From Candidatus Fermentibacteraceae bacterium (GTDB lineage Bacteria; Fermentibacterota; Fermentibacteria; Fermentibacterales; JCC-6), in NCBI GenBank assembly GCA_041750285.1, contig JBGSZS010000004.1, forward strand, positions 64,001 to 128,000: a stretch of DNA of 64,000 nucleotides. Reading direction: 5' to 3'. Below the pieces are notes generated by a model. It worked only from the letters and a program-made list of their open reading frames with translations. It ran no database searches and had not been told where the DNA came from. A program made the position numbers and the translations under genes. This document shows positions 21,501 to 30,883 of the stretch, piece after piece (position 1 is the first letter of the stretch; every line of letters begins with the position of its first letter).

Positions 21501-21890
21501 CCCGAAGACCTTTACCGCATCGAGTTCCGCTTCAGGTCAGACATGGACGGGGTTACGGGGAACGGTTTCTTCATCGACGATATCACTGTGGCAGGCGGCT
21601 ACCAGGGCAACCTCGGGGCGTCCGGCCCCGAGACGGTCCAGCCCGTCCTGGGCCTCCCCTCACCCAACCCTTCCGCAGGCGGCTTCACGATTCCCGTGAA
21701 CATCGATGAAGCATGCGAGTTCACACTTGGCATCTACGACCTCGCTGGCAGGCTCGTGCTTACGCTCAACGGGACGGGACCCTTCAGGGGAGGAGTCTTC
21801 GCATCCACCGAAGGGTTTGCGTCGGGCGTTTATCTCGTCAGGCTTTCGGGACCCGTGGACTCCACCAGAAGGGTGGTCGTGCTCAGATAA
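18525..21890 (+). CDS. Peptidase C25 (gingipain-like) with propeptide, Ig-like domains and T9SS-like CTD
   Basis: Propeptide G.PDLP; YVLLGGD, CDLYFSDLDG, WVGR, catalytic HNGHA and SIGC, NLLGDP; C-terminal PNP...IYDLAGRLV...SGVYLVRL. Confidence 0.9.
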   Translation: MIALLVFCLAAGSVSVTVPVESLVHDEVLADTPDGVSVRVSDGLPGCIPGVPDLPAVPWTFSLPDGESAVSVGVGRAEWITVSMGRPVRPMAAPTPLISPASDSPVPDPAVYGMSGFWPGSPVRLAGTSIRDGEYTAEVLVFPHRYDPATGELQRLVGLELSVVTERSGRAPSAPRDEGSLRMLIVTVPSLQGIFGQLAQRRHSEGILTEVVTMDQVLAAADGRDDAEALRNYIIAYRQLHGLDYVLLGGDTDLVPFRYAFAMECQAGFHPREDSLPCDLYFSDLDGDWDANQNDLFGEIEDDVDLYPDVWVGRVTVEDASEAQAWYDKLVSYEDCLQAGHLQDVLFLAEVLWNNPFTDGGVSKNMIQQLCLPGFMNVTKLYQTLGNLNSATVMNAMNAGTNLLNHNGHAWYNGMSIGNGGSISASFLNSVDSDGRFSALFYSIGCWSAAFDFDAVAEYFLTSPQGCGVSFIGNSSYGWGSPGNPAYGYSDILDRYFFQMLYQDRNARIGQVLAMSKDFYIPYGRWENVYRWHLYQVNLLGDPSFRPYRKIPATPLLGFPEFVTVNTSSFPVQVSGCAAEGLLLCVHDQGDNHFTDTLDASGYHSFTFTTPPQGDVSVTVTGSGIRRTSLTSPQADGPVPVVSGFSIEDTGGDGFASPGDMVELTLTLANQGNEPLSGISLQAELVSGPASLLSGGMTFPDLAPGASSAGSEPIACSIDPSALNNQSVSFLLTVTSQQGTWELPLTLLVHAPGLYFATYAVDDGGDMIPEPGETFSLILSIANTGLLDAPDATATMTSCPSWVSFTPDTAYCAMVPAGSTGSFQFQCTLNPDAPSPSFPWLHLLLETPSTGYGRADSLRLTIGETGIMHDAEAGPQGWDHGGTGDMWRMTELQSHSPSHSWQCGNDQGYQNGMDCWLQSPGMYLAPNSSLSFWTTFDVALYGSDGLYPVLLNLTAGTADTLDFIGSGGALYGPGRGMGTGWVSFSYDLSFADPEDLYRIEFRFRSDMDGVTGNGFFIDDITVAGGYQGNLGASGPETVQPVLGLPSPNPSAGGFTIPVNIDEACEFTLGIYDLAGRLVLTLNGTGPFRGGVFASTEGFASGVYLVRLSGPVDSTRRVVVLR

Positions 21891-21958
21891 CCCGCAGTGG
21901 GCTGGAACCGGGAAGGCCGGCACGCGGTATCATCCGTGGAGGGAAGAAGGGAACAAGG

Positions 21959-22888
21959 ATGCGCAACGGAACCAACGCAGCTTCCCTGACGGTGATTCTC
22001 GGAGTTCTTGGGCTCCTGGCCTTCAGCGGGAACGGAGACGACATGGGTTACAGACCGCTTGATCCCGAGGAAGAGTTCGTGATCGTTCAGGGTGGAACCG
22101 AGCGCCCTTTCTCGGGTGAGTACGTGAACCATTTCGAACCTGGAACCTATCACTGCAAAAGGTGTGACGCCGCCCTGTACGAATCCGTGGACAAATTCCC
22201 CACCACGTGCGGATGGCCTTCCTTCGACGGCGAGATACCCGGCGCGGTCACAAGAAGGCCGGACCCTGACGGGATTCGCACCGAGATCCTCTGTGCGGCC
22301 TGCGGCGCCCATCTCGGGCATGTCTTCGAGGGCGAGGAACTCACCCCTGCAAATGTCAGGCACTGCGTAAACTCCATCTCACTGGTCTTCAAGCCCAGGG
22401 TGCAGACCGAGACGGCCGTTTTCGCCGGAGGGTGCTTCTGGGGCATCGAGAACTATTTCAGCAACCTCGAAGGCGTCGTTAGGGCAACTTCAGGCTATTC
22501 CGGCGGTTATATGGAAAGCCCCACCTACCGCGAGGTCTGCTCAGGTGAAACCGGGCACGCCGAGGCCGTCGAAGTGGTCTTCGACCCATCCGTCATCCCC
22601 TTCGATGAGCTTGCCAGGCATTTCTTCGAGATACACGATCCCACAACGCCGAACCGGCAGGGCGTCGATGTTGGCAACCAGTACCGTTCCGCTGTGTTTT
22701 ACACCTCGGAACAGCAGAGGGAGACGGTCGAACGGTTGATCGGCATCCTTGGGGACCGTGGCTTCGATGTCGTTACCGAGGTCAGACCCCTGGATGTCTT
22801 CTGGCCTGCCGAGGAGTACCATCAGGACTATTACAGTAAGAATGGCGGCCGCTCCTTCTGTCACACCAGGGTCAACCGCTTCGATTGA
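21959..22888 (+). CDS. msrAB: Bifunctional methionine sulfoxide reductase MsrB-MsrA with an N-terminal hydrophobic leader
   Basis: GTERPFSG, CGWPSF, HLGHVF, RHCVNS (MsrB) followed by FAGGCFWG, GHAEAV, AEEYHQDY (MsrA). Confidence 0.95.
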   Translation: MRNGTNAASLTVILGVLGLLAFSGNGDDMGYRPLDPEEEFVIVQGGTERPFSGEYVNHFEPGTYHCKRCDAALYESVDKFPTTCGWPSFDGEIPGAVTRRPDPDGIRTEILCAACGAHLGHVFEGEELTPANVRHCVNSISLVFKPRVQTETAVFAGGCFWGIENYFSNLEGVVRATSGYSGGYMESPTYREVCSGETGHAEAVEVVFDPSVIPFDELARHFFEIHDPTTPNRQGVDVGNQYRSAVFYTSEQQRETVERLIGILGDRGFDVVTEVRPLDVFWPAEEYHQDYYSKNGGRSFCHTRVNRFD

Positions 22889-22948
22889 GGCGTCAGGGAA
22901 TGCACCCCGTGTCTTTTTGTCAGGGGTGCGGGGCATCTGCAGCTTCTT

Positions 22949-23545
22949 TCAGCCCGGAAGACTTTCCAGATGCGGACGCAGGGCGGTGAAAGCCCTGGCC
23001 CTGTGGCTTACCCTGTTCTTCTCGGCCTCTGACGCCGAGGCGAACGTCCCCTTCAGTTCGGGGCAGTAGAACACCGGGTCGTATCCGAACCCCCCGATGC
23101 CCTCGGGGGCGAGTGTTATCATTCCCCTCACCACCCCCTCGACTGCGATCTCGGCCCCGTCAGGGGTGACAAGGGCCGCGGCGGTCCGGAACTCGGCCCT
23201 TCTGGAGTCTCCGGTCTCTCCGAGAAGAGCGTTGAGGATCTTCCGCACGTTGTCGGCGTAAGTGCATCCCGGGCCTGCGTAACGCGCCGAGTAGACTCCG
23301 GGGGCGCCCCCGAGTGCCCACGCGAAAAGACCGGTGTCTTCCGCCACTGCAGCCATGCCAGTTTCAACCGCGGCGGCCCGGGCCTTGATCAGGGCGTTCT
23401 CCCTTATGGTCAGACCGGTCTCCTCGACATCCCAGTCCGCACGCCAGTCGAGTATCGATTCGAGAACGATTCCCGGCAGTATCAGCCTGATCTCCCGGAA
23501 CTTGTCGGGATTGCCGCTTGCAAGGACGATGCGGCCGGCGGTCAC
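22949..23545 (-). CDS. rdgB: Non-canonical purine NTP pyrophosphatase (RdgB/HAM1)
   Basis: ASGNPDK, ENALIKA, PGVYSARY, GFGYDPVF, KNRVSHR. Confidence 0.95.
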   Translation of the reverse strand: MTAGRIVLASGNPDKFREIRLILPGIVLESILDWRADWDVEETGLTIRENALIKARAAAVETGMAAVAEDTGLFAWALGGAPGVYSARYAGPGCTYADNVRKILNALLGETGDSRRAEFRTAAALVTPDGAEIAVEGVVRGMITLAPEGIGGFGYDPVFYCPELKGTFASASEAEKNRVSHRARAFTALRPHLESLPG

Positions 23546-24270
23546 TCTCCCACGGCCTCCATCTGAAGCGGAACCACCTCTTCCATGACGGCCTTCCTGG
23601 CCAGTTCAGCCATCGCGGTGAGCGCCTGAAGCTCGGCGGGTTCCTTTTCTGCGGTGGCCTGCATCTCGATGATACGGCCGTCGCCGGTTGCGACTATGTT
23701 CATGTCGAGGTCGGCAACCGAGTCCTCCTCGTAGCAGAGGTCGAGCAGAACCCCGCCAGGGGTCATTCCCAGGCTCACACCACCCACCCAGCAGCGCCAT
23801 GGATCGTTCTGGATGACCCGGTCGGTCAGAAGGCGGAGTATGGCCAGTCTGAGGGCGACGGCTCCCCCCGTGACCGACGCGACCCTTGTTCCGCCGTCGG
23901 CGGCAAGCACGTCGCAGTCGATGGTGATCTGTTTCTCACCGAGCCTGTCGAGGTTGACGCACTGCCTCAGGCTGCGCCCGATGAGCCTTTGGATCTCCTG
24001 CGTCCTGCCCTTCAGGACCTGTCCCCTGTCCCTTCTGATGCGCCTGTTCCCGCTCCCGGGAAGCATGTCGTACTCGGCGGTGATCCAGCCGCAGCCCTTG
24101 CCCTGCATGAAATAGGGCACCCTGGGCTCGACGGTGGCGGAGCAGAGAACCCTGGTCTCGCCCCATGATATGAGCACACTGCCATGGGGCTGGGGCTGGT
24201 AACCGATCTCGAACCCTATATCCCTGAGCTGGAGGGGGGTCCTCCCGTCCACGCGCTTCTCATCCTGCAT
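23542..24270 (-). CDS. rph: Ribonuclease PH
   Basis: GWITAEYDMLP, GRTQEIQRLIGRSLR, DCDVLAADGGTR, LDLCYEED. Confidence 0.95.
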   Translation of the reverse strand: MQDEKRVDGRTPLQLRDIGFEIGYQPQPHGSVLISWGETRVLCSATVEPRVPYFMQGKGCGWITAEYDMLPGSGNRRIRRDRGQVLKGRTQEIQRLIGRSLRQCVNLDRLGEKQITIDCDVLAADGGTRVASVTGGAVALRLAILRLLTDRVIQNDPWRCWVGGVSLGMTPGGVLLDLCYEEDSVADLDMNIVATGDGRIIEMQATAEKEPAELQALTAMAELARKAVMEEVVPLQMEAVGE

Positions 24271-25066
24271 GTTCACCAACCTGTATCTGTGTTACCAGGG
24301 AAACCGACCTGCCGAGGAATCTCTGGGCGATCTCCTGGAATTTCAGGGGAATGTCGCTTACGTAGAAGCTGTTCCTGCCACGGCCACCGGTTCGTGCAAT
24401 CCCGCTTTCCCCGATGATCTCGCACACCTTCAGCGCAGTTGCCTCGGCGGAATCCACCAGTGTCACGCCTTCTCCGAGCACTTTCGTGAAAAGGGTTTTC
24501 AGAAGGGGGTAGTGCGTGCAGCCAAGCACAAGGGTATCAATGCCCTCGAGCACAAGGGGCGCGGTGTACTCCCTGATTATCGCTTCGGTAATGGGATGGT
24601 CCAGCCATCCCTCCTCCACCAGGGGAACGAGCAGGGGGCTGGGCTGGGCGGAAACCGCCTTCACCCCCAGTTCGAGGAGCGCTCTCTGATATGCGCCGCT
24701 TGCGATGGTGCCATGGGTTCCGATAACACCGACCCTGCCGTTTCCGGTCCGCCGGCTCGCCATCTCCGCGCCGGGGAGGATGACACCTACAACGGGAACG
24801 TCCAGGGTTTCCCGAAGGGAGGGCAGGCTCACCGAACTTGCGGTGTTGCATGCGACGACCACCATCTTCACGTTCTTGCCCGTGAGGAACGTGGCGTCTT
24901 CAAGGGAAAACCGGATCACGGTGTCGGGGGATTTCGAGCCGTAGGGAAGACGGGCCGTGTCTCCGAAGTAAAGGACCGATTCGGATGGCAGAAGCCTGTT
25001 CAGGGCCCTTACGACGGTCAGACCGCCGACTCCCGAATCAAAGACCCCAATGGGAGAAGGGTTCAT
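24260..25066 (-). CDS. murI: Glutamate racemase
   Basis: FDSGVGGLTV, PYGSK, ACNTAS, LGCTHYP. Confidence 0.97.
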   Translation of the reverse strand: MNPSPIGVFDSGVGGLTVVRALNRLLPSESVLYFGDTARLPYGSKSPDTVIRFSLEDATFLTGKNVKMVVVACNTASSVSLPSLRETLDVPVVGVILPGAEMASRRTGNGRVGVIGTHGTIASGAYQRALLELGVKAVSAQPSPLLVPLVEEGWLDHPITEAIIREYTAPLVLEGIDTLVLGCTHYPLLKTLFTKVLGEGVTLVDSAEATALKVCEIIGESGIARTGGRGRNSFYVSDIPLKFQEIAQRFLGRSVSLVTQIQVGEHAG

Positions 25067-25725
25067 CGTCTGGGGAAAACCCCGGGCACCCCGGAAAGAG
25101 GGATTCCCGTGCCCGAGCCTTCCGACAGGACACCGTTCACCACCGGTATCAGAAGGGTGTAGCAGACGAACCTGCTCTCGATGGTTTTCTTGAGCCCGTC
25201 GAGGTCGAGCGGGCGGGGCATGTCGACATACAGCGTATCGTAGCTGTTGAACGCCCAGAGCCTCTCGAGCTCGGTCTCGTCAAGACCCGATGCCCTGCCC
25301 CAGCTTTCGATGAGGAACTGAGTTTCAAGGGGGATGAGGTCAGTGGTTTCGGCGGATGGTATCGTGTCAACCACCGGGGCCGAACCTGCCGTCACGTATA
25401 CCGAGCAGGGGGAGACCGGCCACCGGGGATCCCATGGAGCCGCCTCCTGAAGGGAGAGGTCGTACTCCCCCGGCGTGAACTCCACTATTCGCAGGGAATC
25501 CTGGCCCTGGCCTTCGCCGGGGTTTTCCGTGTCGAGGGCCGACTCCTCAAGCGTCACGTCACTTATGTTCATCTTCCTGTTTATCATCCGCATGGCTACG
25601 GATGACAGCAGCCCCATCAGAAGGGCGATCCCCAGAACGACAAGCACCGAACGTATCATCACGGGAGAACTGACCTTCTCAGAACGTGCCGATGAGGTGC
25701 GGGTCCGGGTTGGTTTTCGGGTCAC
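25063..25725 (-). CDS. Membrane-anchored hypothetical protein, possibly a divergent GerMN domain
   Basis: Basic N-terminus plus TM helix; coupled between the amidase and murI; DTLYVDM...IPVVNG weakly GerMN-like. Confidence 0.55.
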   Translation of the reverse strand: MTRKPTRTRTSSARSEKVSSPVMIRSVLVVLGIALLMGLLSSVAMRMINRKMNISDVTLEESALDTENPGEGQGQDSLRIVEFTPGEYDLSLQEAAPWDPRWPVSPCSVYVTAGSAPVVDTIPSAETTDLIPLETQFLIESWGRASGLDETELERLWAFNSYDTLYVDMPRPLDLDGLKKTIESRFVCYTLLIPVVNGVLSEGSGTGIPLSGVPGVFPRR

Positions 25726-26843
25726 TGGTCGACTCCTTCTGCATATGCCACTATCGCGTCAACAATAGCCTGCGCGGCCCTGAAACGGAAGTCCAGCGAC
25801 AGAAGGCTCCGCTCCTGTCCGGGGTTGGAGATGAACGCGACCTCCACAAGGACGGAAGGCATGTAGGCTCCCCTGAGAACATGGAAACCCGCCTGCTTCA
25901 CGCCCCTGTTCCTGCTCTCCGGAAAGGAAACGGCGAGCCTCTCCTGTATCGCTGATGCCAGGGAGCTGCTGTTGTAGAGGAATATGCTCTGGGCCATGTC
26001 CGCGAGGATGAATGAAAGGGGGTCCTCCGGTGAAACGGCCTCCTCATCCATCTCGACGACCTGGTTTTCCAGGAGTTCGACGGTGCGGGCGTCGCTGGTC
26101 CTCGCCCTGGAGAGGAAGAATGTTTCGGATCCGTATGCTTCCCTGTTGGTGCTGGCGTTGCAGTGAATGCTCACGAAAAGGTCGGCCCGGTTCTGGTTGG
26201 CGATGCGGGTCCTGGCGCCCAGTGAGACGTACTCGTCGGTCGTGCGGGTCATGACCACCCTTACGTTTGGAAGCCTCACGCGAACAAGGTCCCTGACCAT
26301 CAGGGCGATCTCGAGGGTGCGGTTCTTTTCGAAGGTTCCCGCCGGACCCACCGCCCCGGGATCACGCCCTCCGTGACCGGGATCTATCACCACGCAGTCG
26401 AAGTTCTCGAGCCACGGGCTTTCGAGTCCGCGCTCCAGCGCGGCGTACAGGAGCGAATCGGTCCACACCCGGCTGGTGTCGGGCATGGGTGGAGGCTCCC
26501 GCCATGCCAGCATGGGAATGGTGACGGGTTCCGAAGTTCGGGCAAAGAGCAGAAGCACTGTGCTGTCTGCATTGAAACCGTAATCCACGGCGGTGATGGA
26601 GCTGTCCAGCAGGGCCCGGAAACCCAGCGAATCGCACTCAAGGGATTTCAGCCAGATCGGCATTTTCGTACAGAGAGCAGTGACGGGCGATCCCGTTGTC
26701 ACCGTGACCCGGAACCCGCTGACCGAGACCTCTGTGGCGGAAGCATCGAGCCCTTCGGGCGCTGCAACTTCGAGGATCACCCCGTCGAACCGGGGGAAGA
26801 TGCTCAGGACTCCGGCAAGAAGCGAGAGCAGAAGAATGGTCAT
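25722..26843 (-). CDS. N-acetylmuramoyl-L-alanine amidase (Amidase_3)
   Basis: VIDPGHGGRDPGA, EK, FVSIHCNA, GFHVLRGAYMPSVLVEVAFISN. Confidence 0.93.
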   Translation of the reverse strand: MTILLLSLLAGVLSIFPRFDGVILEVAAPEGLDASATEVSVSGFRVTVTTGSPVTALCTKMPIWLKSLECDSLGFRALLDSSITAVDYGFNADSTVLLLFARTSEPVTIPMLAWREPPPMPDTSRVWTDSLLYAALERGLESPWLENFDCVVIDPGHGGRDPGAVGPAGTFEKNRTLEIALMVRDLVRVRLPNVRVVMTRTTDEYVSLGARTRIANQNRADLFVSIHCNASTNREAYGSETFFLSRARTSDARTVELLENQVVEMDEEAVSPEDPLSFILADMAQSIFLYNSSSLASAIQERLAVSFPESRNRGVKQAGFHVLRGAYMPSVLVEVAFISNPGQERSLLSLDFRFRAAQAIVDAIVAYAEGVDQ

Positions 26844-27310
26844 TGTTCTCTCAGGTCGTGCTTCATGGCTGCCTGAAGGCGCCGCTGCGAATCCCTTTCC
26901 GCAAGGTCGGCCCTCTTGTCGAACTGCCTTTTCCCCCTGCAGACACCCAAAAGCATCTTCGCGTGCCCCCTGTCGCTGAAGTGCACGTCCAGGGGAATCA
27001 GGGTCATCCCCTTCTCCTCCACCTGACGGGTGAGCCTGTGGAGTTCCCTTGCGTGTGCGAGGAGCTTTCTCGGGCGCTCCGGGTCATGGTTCTCCCTGGC
27101 CTCGGGATACTCTGCGATGGTCATTCCGTGAACGAACAGCTCTCCGCTTTCGTTGAATCCGGCGTGGCTTCCCGAAAGGCTGACCTTTCCGGCCCTTATC
27201 GACTTGATCTCGCTGCCCGCAAGCACCAGCCCCACCTCGAGTGTATCCATGACATGGAAGTCGTGCCTTGCTTTTCTGTTCCTGGCGGCGATCCGCTGTT
27301 CAACGCTCAT
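26840..27310 (-). CDS. smpB: SsrA-binding protein
   Basis: NRKARHDF, GLVLAGSEIKSIR, RPRKLL, GMTLIPL, RGKRQFDKR. Confidence 0.95.
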   Translation of the reverse strand: MSVEQRIAARNRKARHDFHVMDTLEVGLVLAGSEIKSIRAGKVSLSGSHAGFNESGELFVHGMTIAEYPEARENHDPERPRKLLAHARELHRLTRQVEEKGMTLIPLDVHFSDRGHAKMLLGVCRGKRQFDKRADLAERDSQRRLQAAMKHDLREQ

Positions 27311-27349
27311 GATGATGCCTTTCCAAGGCACTGAATATAGCCCTGTCCA

Positions 27350-27377
27350 TTGACATGTCCACGATTTCATCCATAAT
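27350..27377 (+). promoter_or_regulatory. Promoter of tRNA-Leu
   Basis: TTGACA-N16-CATAAT followed by a GC-rich discriminator, 11 nt before the tRNA. Confidence 0.65.
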
Positions 27378-27388
27378 ACCGCCTCAGC

Positions 27389-27475
27389 GCCGAGGTGGCG
27401 GAATAGGCAGACGCGCCAGGTTCAGGACCTGGTGAGGGCAACCTCGTAGGGGTTCAACTCCCCTCCTCGGTACCA
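27389..27475 (+). tRNA. tRNA-Leu (anticodon CAG)
   Basis: Acceptor stem GCCGAGG/CCTCGGT plus ACCA; D arm TGGCGGAATAGGCAGACGC; anticodon arm CCAGG-TTCAGGA-CCTGG; long variable arm; GGTTCAACTCC T loop. Confidence 0.97.
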
Positions 27476-27481
27476 GACACA

Positions 27482-27504
27482 GGGGTGGCTTCGGCCACCC
27501 CTTT
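27482..27504 (+). terminator. Intrinsic terminator after tRNA-Leu
   Basis: GGGGTGGC-TTCG-GCCACCCC-TTT. Confidence 0.8.
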
Positions 27505-27506
27505 CG

Positions 27507-28388
27507 CTATCCTGTGGCCAGAATACCGCCCAGGACAGCCACGGCCGTTCCGACCGCGTCCCTGATCGTAAGCCTGTGTCCGGCGAACAGGGCGGATGGG
27601 ATCATCAGAAATATCGGGGTCATTGAGATAAGTGTCGCCGCAACACCTGCGGGAATCAACCTGACGGCCGTCATGGAAAGCGTGACGCCTATCACCGGGC
27701 CGGCAACCGTTCCCAGGGTCAGGTACTTCATCGCGCTTCTGTGCCCGACTGCCCTGATCACCCCCGCGGTCCGGCGCATGATAAGCGTGATAGGTATGAA
27801 GGCCAGCGAGGCTGCGGCAACCCTTATCTGGGTCGCTCCGATGCTGCTCACCCCTTCAAGGCCTGCCTTGCCGACAACAAGACCAGCCGCCTGTCCCAGG
27901 GAACCAAGAAGGGCCAGTGAAAACCCCGTTCCCGTGAGAACCCATCCCCTGTCCCTCCCGGAGCCCCTGGCCAGAACGAAAGCCACGCCGACCGAAGTGA
28001 GTACTATGCCGCCCCACTGCTTCCCGGAGAGGGTTTCGCCAAGAAAGGCCCAGCCCAGAAGACCCGTCATCAATGGAACCGTGGTATAGATCACCATGGT
28101 TATTCTGGCGCTGATGCGAACGAATGCGCTGAAAAGGCAGAGGTCGGCAAAGACGAAGCCAACCAGGCCGGAAACCGAGAGGAGCATGAGGTTGCGGGCC
28201 GAAACGCCTGCGGGAAAGAAAGTGCCGTTGAGCACCCGGGACGGCGGGATAAGAATCAGGAAGCCCAGCAGCAGCCTTATCACCGTAACGCTGTAGGATC
28301 CTATCCGCTTGCCGGCGACCTCGAAGGTGAACGAGCAGGCTGCCCAGCAGAGAGCCGTACCAAGCGCCGCGAGAATACCAGTTGACAT
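27507..28388 (-). CDS. DMT/EamA family transporter
   Basis: About 10 TM helices in two EamA repeats; AFLGETLS and LFAGHRL motifs. Confidence 0.88.
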   Translation of the reverse strand: MSTGILAALGTALCWAACSFTFEVAGKRIGSYSVTVIRLLLGFLILIPPSRVLNGTFFPAGVSARNLMLLSVSGLVGFVFADLCLFSAFVRISARITMVIYTTVPLMTGLLGWAFLGETLSGKQWGGIVLTSVGVAFVLARGSGRDRGWVLTGTGFSLALLGSLGQAAGLVVGKAGLEGVSSIGATQIRVAAASLAFIPITLIMRRTAGVIRAVGHRSAMKYLTLGTVAGPVIGVTLSMTAVRLIPAGVAATLISMTPIFLMIPSALFAGHRLTIRDAVGTAVAVLGGILATG

Positions 28389-28443
28389 GCCGTGCCCTCC
28401 CCCGGGATGCGCGAATATAATCACCATGGAGAGGAGGTCGGTG

Positions 28444-29673
28444 ATGCAGGCAAAAAACTACGACGCGCAACTGCATCTTGAGTCGTGTACGCGTATCTGG
28501 CGGGAGGTGTCCTGGCTTCCCGACTGGGCCCCAGGTGTGGCTGCCATGGAGAGGTATTTCAGTGACAACCAGTGCCTGGTGGTCGATCTCGACGGACAGC
28601 CGGAGGGCATGTCGGTTGCCGTGCCTGGAACGATGCGCCATTTGGGGAACAGCATTCCCTTTCTGGCGGTGACCAGCGTTACGGTCGGAAACGCCGGAAG
28701 GAAGCGCGGCCTGGGCACACTTGTCACCGGGGAGGCAACTGCAAGGGGAGCTTCGGAGGGATGCCTGGTGGCGGGCCTGGGGATATTCGAGCAGGGCTAC
28801 TACAATCGGCTCGGTTACGGCAACGGCCCCTACAACAGGATCGTCACGTTCTGCCCCTCCGACCTCCCCCGCGATCTTCCGTACCCGGAGCGGGTCTGCA
28901 GACTTGGGTCTGAGAACCTCGACGAGGTGTACAGCAACATCTGCAACCGTATGCCCTGTCACGGACAGGCTCTGCTCGGCAGAAGCTTCTACGACGCGGA
29001 ACTTCAATGGGAGAGCAAGTTCATAGGTCTGGGCTGCCGAAACGCCGAAGGACATCTAACGCACCACATGTGGTACAGCCCATCCGGGGAAAGGGGTCCG
29101 CACAGGGTCTCGTGGCTTTGCTACCGGAACGGCCAAGAGCTCATGGAACTACTTGGTCTGATACGAAGCCTCGGTGATCAGGTCGACCTGATGATCATGG
29201 AGGAACCCCCCCACATTCAGTTCCAGGACCTCATGAGAACTCCCATGCGGAGCATGAGAATGCTTTCGGGTGAGGGCAAGAGGGTCGGTATCAGAGCATT
29301 TTCCTACACCCAGGCCAGGATACTCGACCTTCCCGGAGTTCTCCGTAAAACATCCCTTCCCCGGGGCGAGGTCATGTTCAACCTTTCGATCAATGACCCC
29401 ATCTCCGGCATCATCTCCGGGGAGAGCGGCTGGAAGGGATGTACGGGAGACTACACCGTTGTTCTCGGACCGGAGTGCAGAGCAGAGCCGGGGCATGCCA
29501 GGGGCCTTGAGAGAATGAATGCGGGCATCGGTGCTTTCACGAGGCTGTGGCTTGGAGTCAGACAGCCTTCAGTACTGGCGCTCACCGATGAGATCGAGGC
29601 TCCCGGCACGCTCCTTCAGAGCTTGGACGAACTGCTGAGGCTGCCTGAACCACGCTTCAACTGCGATTTCTGA
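28444..29673 (+). CDS. GNAT acetyltransferase (Eis-like, with an SCP2-like C-terminus)
   Basis: AVTSVTV...RKRGLG...LGIFEQGYYNRLGY; GGAGG RBS before MQAKNY. Confidence 0.7.
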   Translation: MQAKNYDAQLHLESCTRIWREVSWLPDWAPGVAAMERYFSDNQCLVVDLDGQPEGMSVAVPGTMRHLGNSIPFLAVTSVTVGNAGRKRGLGTLVTGEATARGASEGCLVAGLGIFEQGYYNRLGYGNGPYNRIVTFCPSDLPRDLPYPERVCRLGSENLDEVYSNICNRMPCHGQALLGRSFYDAELQWESKFIGLGCRNAEGHLTHHMWYSPSGERGPHRVSWLCYRNGQELMELLGLIRSLGDQVDLMIMEEPPHIQFQDLMRTPMRSMRMLSGEGKRVGIRAFSYTQARILDLPGVLRKTSLPRGEVMFNLSINDPISGIISGESGWKGCTGDYTVVLGPECRAEPGHARGLERMNAGIGAFTRLWLGVRQPSVLALTDEIEAPGTLLQSLDELLRLPEPRFNCDF

Positions 29674-30232
29674 GTTCCAGCCCTGGAAAGAGGTCCTTCA
29701 CGCCGGGGTTGTTCCTGTCCCTCTCTGAAAGAATGGGATTCAGGGTCCCCCAGTGCACGGCGAGCGTCGGGTCATCCCATGCGACACCCTGCTCGTCGGT
29801 TCCGTCATAGAACCTGTTGACGGCGTAGACCAGCCTGGCATCGGTCAGGGCCAGGAAACCGTGGGCAACCATCGGGGGAATGAAAAGGCATGTGTGATCG
29901 TCCGCGGAAAGGTCAAGCACCGCTGTTTTGAGGAACGAGGCTGATCCGGGCCTGAGGTCTGCCACCACGGCTCGCATCGATCCGGACACGGGAACCCACC
30001 AGTCGGACTGGGTCCGGTGGAAGTGAAGCCCCCTCAGGCTGCCTGCCCTGGTTTCGCTGAGGTTGAGCTGGATGTCGCCCGTGAACTGCTCAGGCAGCCA
30101 CTCCGACCGGAAAACCTCCCCGAAACATCCCCTGCAGTCGGGCCGCACTGCAAACCGTACAAGTTCGACCCCGGCCATCCCGTCAATTGATCCCCTGCTG
30201 ACCGGATCCATCAAAACCCCCATATTCTGCAA
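29657..30232 (-). CDS. rfbC: dTDP-4-dehydrorhamnose 3,5-epimerase family
   Basis: DCRGCFGE, Q.N.S, LRGLHFH, DLRPGS.SF, IPP.VAHGF, GVAWDDP, LSERD; exact start uncertain. Confidence 0.9.
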   Translation of the reverse strand: MQNMGVLMDPVSRGSIDGMAGVELVRFAVRPDCRGCFGEVFRSEWLPEQFTGDIQLNLSETRAGSLRGLHFHRTQSDWWVPVSGSMRAVVADLRPGSASFLKTAVLDLSADDHTCLFIPPMVAHGFLALTDARLVYAVNRFYDGTDEQGVAWDDPTLAVHWGTLNPILSERDRNNPGVKDLFPGLELRNRS

Positions 30233-30265
30233 AGTCCAGGTTCAAGCTTCACGAAGGGAGCCGTT

Positions 30266-30883
30266 TTGAAAAGAAGCGAAGTCCTCGGAATCATACTAGG
30301 TAAGCTTCCCGAAATGTATCCCGATGCCAGGTGCATGCTTGAATTCCGGAACCCCTGGCAGCTTCTCGTGGCAACTGTTCTGTCCGCCCAGACAACCGAC
30401 GAAGCGGTGAACCGGGTGACACCGGTGTTGTGGCAGGCCTATCCCACGCTTCGGGAGCTTGCCGCGGCCGGGCAGACCGAAGTCGAGAGGATAGTCCACC
30501 CCCTGGGTTTCTTCAGGAACAAGGCCAGGTCGATCATAGGCGCGGCAAGGCACCTGACCGCTCTTGAACACTTCCCTTCGACGATGGAAGAGCTGCTTAA
30601 GGTCCCTGGCGTGGGAAGGAAGACCGCGAACGTTGTACTCGGAGAATGCTTTCATGTCCCCGCCATAATAGTAGACACGCACGTGAAACGCCTGTCCGGC
30701 AGACTCGACCTGACTGACGAAACGGACCCCGACAGGATCGAACTCGACCTCAGGAAGCAGATCCCCGAAAACCTCCAGACCTCCTTCAGCCACCAGCTCG
30801 GTTTCCACGGCCGCGCCCTCTGCAAGGCCCGTTCCCCACTCTGCCCCCTCTGCCCCTTCGTTTTCTGCAGGGGACGGACTTAG
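30266..30883 (+). CDS. nth: Endonuclease III
   Basis: LLVATVLSAQTTD, HhH VPGVGRKTANVVL, VDTHV, C-terminal Cys cluster C-X6-C-X2-C-X4-C. Confidence 0.95.
   Translation: MKRSEVLGIILGKLPEMYPDARCMLEFRNPWQLLVATVLSAQTTDEAVNRVTPVLWQAYPTLRELAAAGQTEVERIVHPLGFFRNKARSIIGAARHLTALEHFPSTMEELLKVPGVGRKTANVVLGECFHVPAIIVDTHVKRLSGRLDLTDETDPDRIELDLRKQIPENLQTSFSHQLGFHGRALCKARSPLCPLCPFVFCRGRT

Noticed and set aside
27389..27504. tRNA-Leu as an integration site; tmRNA next to smpB
   Set aside because: No integrase, no duplicated tRNA 3' end seen, terminator intact; no ssrA-like sequence recognised.
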